64,000 nt of DNA from Porphyridium purpureum (Eukaryota). Shown piece by piece: positions 42,792 through 54,700 of the stretch (position 1 is its first letter; each line of letters opens with the position of its first letter). Position numbers and translations under genes: made by a program. The DNA lies in the NCBI GenBank assembly GCA_008690995.1, contig VRMN01000004.1, forward strand, positions 744,001-808,000. The letters are read 5' to 3'. The notes under the pieces are model-generated. The model was not told the origin of the DNA and did not search any database. It saw only the letters and a list, made by a program, of their open reading frames with translations.

Positions 42792-45700
42792 TCAGTAGCC
42801 GTAGCGTGCTGTCGTGAGGACCGGCCGAGCTCTCGGCTGGCCGAACGCAGGTTTGCTCGTGCCCATCGGACCAGGCGCTCGGGTACCGATTGGCCGCTGA
42901 CCGTACATTCCAGCCCCGCCGTTTCCATAGTAGGGGCCTGGTCCGGCAGCAACGCCACCGCCATACCCACCGTTGCCAATGTACCGACGCGCCAAGTTGC
43001 TCATTCCACCATACTGCGGCTCGTGCACATATCCATCGCCATATAGTGCCTGTTGATGATGCTGCTGCTGGTCGTAGCCATCGAACCCTTGCGGTTCGTA
43101 CGGAGACACTTGCGCATGAGGCGCGAAACCCGTGCGAGCACCATGCATTCCACCAACTGGGCCTGGTGCTCCAGCATACGGTGCGAAACCACCAGCTGTG
43201 CCTCGTCCGCCCAGGCCCATCACACCAACACCGCCGGCACCTCCGTACGTGCCCACCATCCCGCGGGGCCCACCCAGAGAAGCTTGCTGCTGCTGCTGCT
43301 GCTGGCGCGCACGCTGCAAAACGCTGATGTCAACACTGTCCTGCATGCGCACAAACGCATCCACAACCGCCGTGTGCGCAAAAGGACCAAAGTGCTCCAG
43401 TGTGAAGCGCTGCAAAAACATGCGAGCAAATTCGAACGCGTCATGTGGCGCGGGCAGAAAGCGGAACATCCCCCACATCCAGGCACTCAAGCGTCCTGGT
43501 GCGAGGCGTGCATGGTCAATCATATTATTCTGCAGCTCGTTCCAGTCCTGATCGGGGGTCTGCGCATCCACCACAGCGTCCAGCGGCAGCATGGGATCGG
43601 CACCGGATTGCACCAAATCATTCTTGAGGTACTCGAGCATAGCGCGCTGGTTTTCATCCAAAACCGCAGCGAAATCCTCGTAGCTCGAGTTATAGTACAC
43701 ATAGTTCACCGCGTACTCAAGCCGACTCACCTTCCACAAAACGGCGCGCAGATCTTCATCGGATGCAAATGACTCACTGATCCTGTGTACCACGTCGGCC
43801 ATGCTGATGAAACCAAACGCGACTTGCGTCTGCAGCGAGGCAAACATCGCTCTTAGCGGATCGAGCGCGCTCTTGTTGCCGTTCAGCTGATGCACCGTCC
43901 CCGCAGGAGACGAAGACGATGCCGCAGAAGCAAAGCCGTCAAACTTCGACGCAGCAAACTGTTCAAGCGTTCGTAAAGCCATCATCTCTCCGCCTGGTCC
44001 TGCGTCTGGATGCTCGCTGAAGGTAAGGTCAACGCCCGAGTCACTCAAAACAAGATCAAGCACCTCCGTGTTCTGTAGCCACGCTTCCGGGCCCCATTGC
44101 AGAATGGCAGCCGTGCTATTCAGGTTGGTGCTGCTGCTGTCGCGCATGAAGTCCCACTGATAGCCCAGAATTTCCGGTCTCAGCTTGCGGTTCTGAGCCT
44201 TGATCACCATGCTGGTCGAATCCAGGCGCTTCACAAAACCTCCGAGGGCAGCAAAGAACTTTTGGGCAAAGCCGTCAAACCGGTTGCGCACATTGCTGGT
44301 TGCATTGTTGCTGCCACTTCCAATGGCGTGATTGCCTACCACTTCGAGCGGCACGACAAGGCGAGACTCGACCTCAATCACGCAGCATCCGGCGTGTGAT
44401 GCCACACGCTTCACGGACGCGCGCGCCACACGTAAGTGAGAGCGATCCGTGACAACAGCCCATGCACGCGACGCGAAGCCTGTGATGTTAGTATTTTCAA
44501 GACCGACCACTGACGCACCCATCCCACCGCCTACCTGCTCGGACGGATCCACACGCAGCACAAAGCAAATATTCTGCTCCTTGAGTTGTCGTTCAACGTC
44601 TACAAGGCCTTGCAAGTAGTACAACACATGCGTCTTGCTGTACAACGCAAAACTGCTGAGATCAAGCACGGCGAGCACAACCAAAGGCAGACCAGCATTA
44701 TTAGCCAATACCTTGGCCACTTCAAGTGACTCGTTGTGGCGCACGCGCAGCGCAGATGTCATCCAGTACAACACGTACTCGCTTGAACCATTGTTGTCAT
44801 TCACCGAACGGCGTGGACCAAGGTCATTGAGCAATCGCACGCGCGACCGCTCTACACCACAATCTTCGAGAGCCGTCTTCACCAGGGTCTTCATCGTGGT
44901 CTTCTCAACCGCGCCATGCGTACCTTGCAGTTGCGGACGTGTCACAATCGCTGTCTGCGGTGCCACCAACATGCTCGCAAGCTTGAAAGATTCCACGATA
45001 TTCTTGTAGCATACGGCGTCCAACGCATCAATCATGATACGCTCATTCAAAGATAACGCCACCTGGAATGCCTTACTGGGATCGCGACTGTATTCGATGA
45101 TTTTCTGGCACCAGAAAGAGCGGTCGTGAGAGACATTTCGCCCAGTCTCCCGCAGCTTTTTCTGTACCTCGTTCCACTTGTCATCGTGTGTCTCGCCAAC
45201 TTCCCACTGATGCAGCGAGTAGTCGTAGTTCTTGCGCTTTTTGCCTGCGTCCTCAAGCGTCTTGCGCACCACTTGCGAAAGCGTGTTCTCGTACGTGTCA
45301 TATTTCTCGCAAAAGTGAGCAAAATTGTACGCTAGCTCACGGCGTGCCAGATTCTGCAAGAACACTGAAATATCTTCCTGTGATGGCGTCAGGATCCCCG
45401 CGTGACTATTGTCCGAGACAGGTACCACATTATTCGCAATTTCGAAAACTCGAACCATGATTTCAGACGCAGCAATAATGCCGAAGCACAAATAGGGCGA
45501 CAAATTGCTGCCATAATCAGCACGATTTGACTCGCCGAACTCCTGCGAGTGCTTTGCGTAGTCTTTGAGCTTGTGCTTCAGGAATTCCTCCAGCTTTACG
45601 CGAGCGGCATGTTCACCAGACTGCGTGCCGGCCGGTGGCCCGATCGACACATCCACGCGGTTCTTGGCGAGAACCTCCAATAGTGTGCTCTCGTTGTCAA

Positions 45701-48700
45701 GCCACTCTTGAGCGCTCCAGGCACTCCCTTTCATGAACGGATAAACCTTACCCTTGCCAGTTACATCAACATCGGCCAAGGCACCAGGTACCTTCACCGC
45801 CTGCTCTACGAGCGGCTTTGCGTAACGCCTGCACAAAGGAAGGAAGCGCTCATAGAACGAATCAAAGTCAGGCGCAGGACCGGAACACGCCTTTTCCAGC
45901 GGCACACTTAAGATACTTTCAACCTCAATCATCGCGCAGCCTGTTTCAAACGCGGTCTTCTTGACCATTTCTCCATTGGCCCGTAAATGGGCGCGGTCCG
46001 TGACCACGGCCCACGCGCGAGCCTCGAAGCCTTGGATACCCTCGAGCTCAGAACCAATCAGGTTGAGCGAAGTGGGAGACTCGGATGTCTCTTCGAATCT
46101 CATACAGAAGATCACGCCTTCGTCCCGTAGGTCCTTCTCTAGCTCAGCGAGCCCCTTCATCACAAAATTGATCTGTCGATAAGAACCACGTTGGAAATGA
46201 TTAAGGTTCACCAGCGCAAGAAATACGAGCGGAAGCGAGCTCATATTCGCAAGAGCTTTCGCTACTTCGAAGGCATCGTTGTGATGCTTGCGGAATGCGC
46301 AATGCGAAACGTACAGCACGTATTCGCCGCCAACCGAGTTGCCTTTGCCCTTGCGAACCTTGGCGCGTGCACCAAAGTCATTGAGCACGCGCACGCGTGT
46401 CTTATCAATACCACAACTATCCAGCGCATTCTTCAGGATGGTGCGAATAGGGTTCCGCTCAAACGTCTTGCCTAATTCACCAGACGTGAGGCACGCCAGA
46501 TTGAAGCACTCGGAGATATTCTTGTACCCCACAGGGTCAAGCGCATCAATCATGTACTTGTCGTTGAGATACACCGCAAGTCGATAGGCGTCCGACGGGC
46601 GGGACTCGTACTGAATCAGTTTCTCACACCAGTACACACGATCAGCCATGAACTCACGCCCGTGCGACAAAAGCTCCTGCTGGATCTCATTCCACACCAT
46701 ATCGTGTGTCTCGCCAAGCTCCCACTCCTCATCTGTGTAAATATATTTTTGCGGACGATTAGCTGCTGCCTGTTCAAGCGTCTCGCGCACCATCGGCGCT
46801 ACAGCTCCCTGGTAGCTGTCATACCCTTGCGTCTGGTAAACAAAGCAGTACGCCAACTCGCGACGGCACAGGTTTCGGAAGAAGGCAATAATATCGGCAT
46901 CTGATGCCTTGCTGTGCAGAACTTCAACGGCGACATGTACCACGGACAAGAAACCAGTACTGAAAAAGGGAGAGAGAAGCGAGCCATACTCGAGCCGGAG
47001 GGACGGGTCCGCTGCTTCCATGGTAGAACCATACCCAGGTAAGTTTTTCATGACAAAAGCATCCAAGTGCTCGCGAGCACGCAACTCGCCACCATAGTGA
47101 CCACTGGCTGGTGGCACAGTCACATCCAAACCATTCTGTTCGGCGACCTGCTTCATCACCGCTTCGTGTTGGCCGCCATCGACAAATGCAGAAAGCTCGG
47201 GCAACGCTGATCCATCCGCCAAGTCAACGGGACTGGCAAGCATGGAAAGCTCTTTCGGCATCATGCCATAGTCACGCAACTTGACACTTTGCTTGAGTAC
47301 ATCAGCGCCCACTTTGCATTCCAGGTCTGAAATTGGCTTCACATAAGAATTCAACACGGGGAAGAAGCGATAGAAAAACGCATCGACGACGTCCTCCATT
47401 ATACCCGCGGAAACCTCGAGCGGCACGAGCAGGCAGCTCTCAACCTCAACAACGGCACAGCGAGCTTCACGCGCGACGCGTGCTTCGACATCTCTGGCGC
47501 GACGCAAATATGCGCGGTCTGTCACAATAGCCCAAGCGTCCTCTGCAAACCCCTTTATGCCCTCTTTCTTGTCACCCAGGACGCTCAAGCCTGGTGCAGA
47601 GCCACTCGGCTCAACACGCAACTCAAAGCGCACACCTGCCTTGGTTAGGTCTGATTGAAGCTGCGCAAGACCCTGCAAATAGAACACAAGGTGACGCCAG
47701 CTTCCACTCTTGAACTGCTCGAAATCAAGCACGTACAAATACACCAGCGGCAACCCAGCCTCATTTGCGAGCGACTTTGCAATTTCAAAGGATTCGTTGT
47801 GCTGCGTGCGAGGCGCCAGAGAGCAATGATAAAGCACAAATTTGCCCTTATCGTTCGATCCTTCTTGGTTGACAAGTCGAACGCGAGATTCTTCAACCAA
47901 TGTTGGCTTTAGACATGAAAGAATCGTCTCCTTGAATGCTGATGAGTCAGTCTTGTTCTGGGTCTCACGAATGAGTACGGCCTCCATTTCGCACATCTGC
48001 ACAAAGCCCTCAGAGACGTTGCGATACCCTACGGCGTCCAGCGCATCGACCATGTACTTGTCATTCAGAGTCATGGCCAGGTAGTACGCGTTGCGGGGAT
48101 CGGACTCGTACTCGATGATCTTGTACAACCAGAAGAAGCGATCTTGCGCAATGTCGCGCCCACGGAAGATCAGCTCATGCTGCACACTGTTCCATCGCTT
48201 GTCGTGCGTCTCACCCTTTTCCCACTGCTCGAAAGTATACGCGTACCGTGGGGTTCGGTGCTTCGCCATCTCGCTCAGCGTACGCCGTGTTTCCTCAGGA
48301 ATTGCTGCCTCGTACACGTCGTATCCTTCCGGGTTATCCACCACAAAATGGAACGCCATCTCACGCCGTCCCAGATTCCGCAAATAGCTGTTAATGTCAT
48401 GCTCAGAGCGTCCTGACCGAACAATCTCGAGCAAAATATCGGACGCTGAAATAAACCCGTTGCACAAGTATGGCGACAGCAACGAGCCATATTCTGAGCG
48501 ATTATTGTCACCAAAACGACCTAGTTCCTCACCATAGCCACGCAGTTTACGCATGACAAACGCTGTCAGCAGCTTGCGTGCGGGTCCTTCACCACCAAGA
48601 TACGTTCCTGAGACAGGCGGCACATCGACCGACATCCCATTTTGTGTGAGTACCTCGTTCAGCGTCGCATCGTGGTGCAGCCAGTCCTTCGGCGCCCACT

Positions 48701-51700
48701 CCGCACCACCTGAGCTGGTGACACTAGGCTCAGATAGACTGCTCTTTCGTGCGGAACCTCCCGGAGCCAACTCGGAAGCATTAAGCCCCGCGCTCTCCAC
48801 ATTGCTCCACCGCCAACCCAGATGACCAAGTTCGAGTTCAGAGCCTGCCGCAACCATCACAGGGACATCGTTCGGCTTGCGCGCATACTCTCGCGCGAGC
48901 TGCGGGAATTGTTCGAGCCACTCTTTTTCGTCCGCATGCTTGTGCTGGCGCGCCGCCTTGATTGGGATAATGAGCCTACTCTCCACTTCAATCACCGCAC
49001 AACCGGCCTCGTTCACCACGTGTTCAACAGCAAGCTTGCCATAGCGCAGGTGTGGCGTGTCCGTGACGATCGCCCAAGCATAATTTTCGAACCCTTTGAC
49101 ATTATTCGCTGCGCAGCCGAGGACCGAGCCAGCCAAAACACCACCAAAGTCCTGTCGTGCGTCAAAGCGTACGCACAGCTTGATCCCGTCGCGCGCAAGC
49201 TGTGCGTGGAATTCTGACAAGCCTTCAAGCAGGAAAACGACGTGGCGCTTCGACCCGATTTTCATAACATTCAGGTCCACCGTATACAGTACGACAAGCG
49301 GTAGCTGCGCGAGGTTGGCAAGTGCCTTGGCAAGCTCGAGCGACTCGTTGTGATGTGCGCGGCATGTCGCAGTCGCCCAGTACAGAACGTACCGAGCAGT
49401 ACCACCCGACGACGACGTTGGCCGCACGCAGAGATCATTACGAAGCTGCACACGTGACGAGTGCAAGTTAACACTCTTGACTGCGTGCGACACGATGCTT
49501 TCCATGCGTGCACGGTCCGGCAGAGCGCGCGAAGTTGTAGAATTGAGTGCGGATGCAAACGTAAAGCAACTCGCTATATTGCTGTAGCTCAACGGATCCA
49601 GCGCGTCGACCATGTACTTGTCATTCAGCCGCATGGCAAGGCGAAATGCGTTCCGCGGGTCTTTCTCGTACTCAATGAGCTTCAGACACCAGAAGCTACG
49701 GTCCTGCGCAATGTCACGCCCTCGGTATCGCAATTCGTGCTGAATTGTATTCCAGCGGCTGTCGTGCGTTTGGCCCAGATCCCATTGCTCATCCGTGTAT
49801 GAGTAACGCTTACTCTCGTTGGCCAGCCGAAAGAGCTCCTTCTGAGCCTCAGCAGGAAGAGCGTGCTCAAATGTGTCATATCCCTCAGTATATCGCACAA
49901 AATTGAAGCCCTGTTCGCGGCGTGCCATGCTCTTCAGAAAAGCGTTTACGTCCGCCTCGGGTGCGCCCGAATTCTTAATCGCCACAACGATCTCGGCGGC
50001 GCTGACGAATCCATTGGTCAGGTACGGTGACAGCAAGGACCCATATTCCGAGCGGCGCTTCTCGCCAAGAATTTCCTGCGATGTAGAGTACTCATTCAGC
50101 TTCTTGCTCACAAAGACATTCAAAAGGCGGCGGCCGGACGCCTCCCCGCCGCGGTATATGCCTGAAACCGAGGACACCGTGACGTCGACTCCGCATTTTG
50201 CCAATAGATTATTCAGATGCGCCTGGTCTTCAATCCACTCATTCACCTTGAACAATTTCTTGCCCTCGTAGAAGTAGCCCAGATCCGCAAACAAGGAACC
50301 TGAGCCAATCACCGAGCTCGAATTCTCACCATCTGTGTCCGCTACAAGAACATCGCAAGATACATCGCAAGTCGTGACAGGGTATACCTTCGCGTAAGCC
50401 GGGAATATCTCCATAAAGCGCGCAAAGAAGGTTTGGAAATCATCTTCACGTTGCGAAGCCATAATTTCGACTGGAACCATAACCTTCGACTCGACTTCAA
50501 TCAGAGAGCAAGGAAGCTGCGTGGCCACAAACGCTTGCTTCTCATAACGGTGTTTCAAATGCGCACGGTCGGTGACAACCAGCGACGCCCCTTCCACAAA
50601 CCCGCGAACGCCAAGTTTGGTTGATCCCAGAAGACTAACAGCCTTCTCACCTTCAAGCAATTCGGAGCTTGGGTCCAGTCGAATTTCGACAGCGACGCCC
50701 ATACTGTTCAGGGCCGTCTGCATTTCAGTCATTCCCTCCAGCAGAAAGACCACATGCCGCCTTGAGCCTAGCTTGAAATGGGAAAGATCGAGTGCCACAA
50801 GGACCACGAGCGGAAGTCCAAGAGCATTGGCCGCTCCAATAGCCACTTGCAGGCCCGGATTATTGTGGCGCCGATGGCCAGTCTGCACCCAATACAATAC
50901 ATATTTTGTGTGATTTTCCATCAACGGAGCGCGGTCATTCAAAATGCGAATGAAATCACGAGAAACACCAGAACTTTCACATACCTCGGTCAAAAGCTTC
51001 TCCACTGCGGCCACGTTATGCTCCGCCGAGCTGCTGCTTGGCGGCGCCAACAAACCATTCTCCATCATCATCGCGTTCTTTGCACCCCTCCCGGCAGCGT
51101 CTTCGCCTATCACACTCGATGACGATATGAACGCATCGCCCGCGGTGTTACCACCGCTCACAATCGCGCCAATGTATTCAAAGCAGCGCTTGATATTACG
51201 CAGGCCGATTAGGTCAGCGTCAAGCATATACTTGTCATTCAGATATGTGGCGATGCGGAACGCGTCGCGCGGGTCTCGCTCATATTGAATGATAAGGTGG
51301 CACCACAGAGAGCGATCGTGCTGCATGTCCCGTCCGCGCATACGTAATTCGGACTGGATGGCGTTCCACTTGGCGTCGTGCGTCTTCGCGAGCTCCCACT
51401 CTTCAAGCGAGTAAGAATACTTGCCCTCCTGGTCGCGACAGCTGATGAGCGCTTCGTGCACGTCAGGCGCTACCAACCACTCGTAACTGTCGTACTCATC
51501 CGGGAAATAGTACGCAATAGCATACGCATATTCACGCATGCCAAGTGCTCGCGAAAAAGCCTCAAGATCCGCTTTCGGCGCGGTTGATTTTAGCACCTCA
51601 ACCAGAACTTCGACCGGAGATATGAATCCCTGACTCAAATAGGGTGAAAGCAAAGAGCCGAATTCAGATCGAGTACTGACGGCCACATCATGCAATTTCT

Positions 51701-54700
51701 TGTGGTAGTCACGAAGCTTGCGCGCAATAAAGGTCTGCAAAAGCTTCTTCGCACCTTGGTACCCGCCACGATACGAGCCGCTTACGACCGAAACCGATGA
51801 ATCAATACCATTCGCCTCAAGTACACTGTCTAGCACGCTCCCCTCCTCCTGTGAACCGGCCAACCAGTCAGCGGGGCCCCAGCTTGCAGTCACGCCATCC
51901 TCGTCCATGCAAAACCCGTACCGGAAAGAAGCATCTGCTGATCCACTTACACCTCCCCGTACCATGAGCGTCAGCACTGACGCGTTCGCGCTCAAAGATT
52001 TGACAAAGTGAGTGTACACGTCCATGAAAAAGTCGCTAAAGGCCTTCTCGTCTGGGAAGTCCTCCACTGCATCGATCTGGTCGCCAAGAAGAACATTCAG
52101 CGGCACAATCGTCTGCGACTCGACACCAATTAACGCACAACCGCATGCCTTGGACACGCGGTCGGTGACAAGCCGAAGCTGCCGCTCAAAAGGAACATCC
52201 GTCACGATGCACCAAGCATGACGCGCATAACCGGCAACTGAGCCATCCTCAAGGCCTAAGAGTGATACACTACCAACACCATCTTCGCATACTGGTTCAA
52301 TCGCCAAGTGGAAACTGCAACCCAAGGCCTTCATTTTCGCCTCCACCTCGGCTAGCCCTTCGAGCAAAAACACGACATGTCGCTTGGAGCGATTCTGGAA
52401 CGCATTCAAGTCAAGCACGCACACCACAAGCAGGGGTAGCTCGGCGTGGTTTGCAAACGCCTTGGCAAGTTCGAAAGCCGGGTTCTCGCTGTACCTGTGC
52501 GCGGACGACATCCAGTACAGCACATATTGACCGGCTCCACCGGCATGGACGCTTTGACGATGAACCAGCTCGTTGAGCAGGCTCAAGCGCTCTGGCTCGA
52601 CTCCTGTATCCGGCAGCAGGGATTCAATGATACCCAGCATCTCACCCGCCGCATCTGTGGTGGCAGTCTCCACGCGCGACGCGGACGCAAGTACTTGTTC
52701 AAAGCAATCCTGAATCGTGCGATAGCTCACTGGATCCAATGCGTCAATCATAAACTTATCATTCAGCTCGCTGGCGAGTCGATAGGCGTTCGCAGGGTCC
52801 TGCTCGTACTGCAAAATGCGCTTGGCCCAGTACTGTCGATCGTACAGCAGGTCCCGACCACGGAAAACAAGCTCGTGCTGAATTGTGTTCCACTTTTGAT
52901 CATGTGTTTCACCCGCCGCCCACTGTGCGTCCGTGTAGGAATAAGTGACTTGCCCTTGCTGGAGATGCAACCGTTTTTGCGCATTGAGCTCCTTAATTTG
53001 CTCAGGAGTGAACACTGCTTCAAACTGGCTATAGTTCGGAATATAGTTAACAAGATTGAACGCAAACTCGCGCTTGAGCAGCGAACGCAGAAAGGCTTCG
53101 ATATCAATTTGCGAAACGCCGGCGCGCGAAACTTCATAACCGACGTCGCGAGCGCTAATCATGCCGTAACTCACATACGGCGACAGAATAGAGCCAAACT
53201 CGGAACGGTTCATCTCGGTTTCCTCGTCCACTTTGCTTGCGTAACCTTGGAGCTTGCGCTGCAAAAAAACGGAAAGGAGGCGCCGCGCCGATGTCTCTCC
53301 ACCTCTGTACGCGCCTGTCACAACCGAAACGTTGGGGTCGACGCCGTTCTCACCCAAAATTTTGGCAAAGTGGACCTCATTGTCAAGCCACTCGCGCGCG
53401 CCCCATTGCCACTGCTCCATAAATTCCCATCGGAAGCCCATCAGCTCTACGTCCACGTCACTAAATACTTGGTGCTTCACGGTGAGCGGGGTCAGTGGCT
53501 TCAAGTACTGCCTGATTTCGGTCTTATTTGCCGCATAGAATGAATCAAAGGTCGGAACATAGGCATCAGCCGCATCTTCAACTGGAATGATCAGACGGGA
53601 TTCAACGTCAATGCATGCGCAGCCGCACAAAGCCGCAATGCGACTTTCAACTGCCTGCTCATACTCGAGGTGGGCGCGATCCGTCACAATGCACCAAGCC
53701 GCGGACGCAAAACCTAAAACACCATCCTCTTCGGAGCCCAACACACTCACGCCCCCTAACCCTGCTTCACCAAACCGGCTCGGGTCCACGCGCACGCAAA
53801 GCTTGATTCCCATGTCAGAAAGCGATGCTTTCAGCTCCGCAAGCCCTTCCAACAAAAAGGTGACATGTCGGCGCGAGCCGCGACGATAATAGTGGAGATC
53901 GATCACGTACAGATAAATCAGAGGCAGCTTGGCCGCGTTTGCCAACAATTTTGCCACTTCGAGGCTTTCGTTCTCCTGGGCACGACACGCACGATTCGCA
54001 ACGTAAAGTACATATTGCGCGTCACCTACGCCGCTGTCATTGACGCCTTCGCCTCCATTGCTGCGCGGGCCCAGCTCGTTGATCAGGCGAATCTTATTCA
54101 ACGACACACCAGTGCTCTCTTGCAGCTGCGAGTTCAAAATCTCGTGGATCACCGAAGGGTCGCTTGTGGACACACGGGACGCGTCATTATTCGTCGCCGT
54201 GTTGCCAACTTTGGCCTGCTGGAAGCACAAGATCAAATTGTAGTACGAGCACGCGTCGCCGGCATCGATCATGTACTTGTCGTTTAAGTAGCTCATCAGG
54301 CGATACGAATTGTCAGGGTCCGACTCGTACTCAATCAGTTTCTGTGCCCAATAGCGGCGATCCTGCAAAATATCGCGGCCCTTGAAAAACAGTTCGTGCT
54401 GCACTGTGTTCCAGCGTTGGTCGTGCGTTGTGCCTCGCTCCCAGGCAATGTCCGAATAGGCGTACTTTTTCTTCTTTGAGCTCTTGAGCTGATTGTACGC
54501 CTCGTTCGAGATGAGGCTGCCAAGATGTGTCAAGTCATCCAAAAAGTAAATCATGTTGAAAGCGTGCTCGCGCTTGCAAATATTGCGCAGATATGCTGTC
54601 CGGTCTTCGGCACCCTTGCCCGAGCGCAACACACTGATCGCCGCCTCTGCAGGCGAGATAAATCCATGAGTTAAGTATGGAGACAGCAAGGAGCCGTACT

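Noticed and set aside
52446..53543. 365-aa plus-strand ORF (and many shorter ones) inside the giant gene
   Set aside because: Antisense shadows expected from codon bias; no independent motifs
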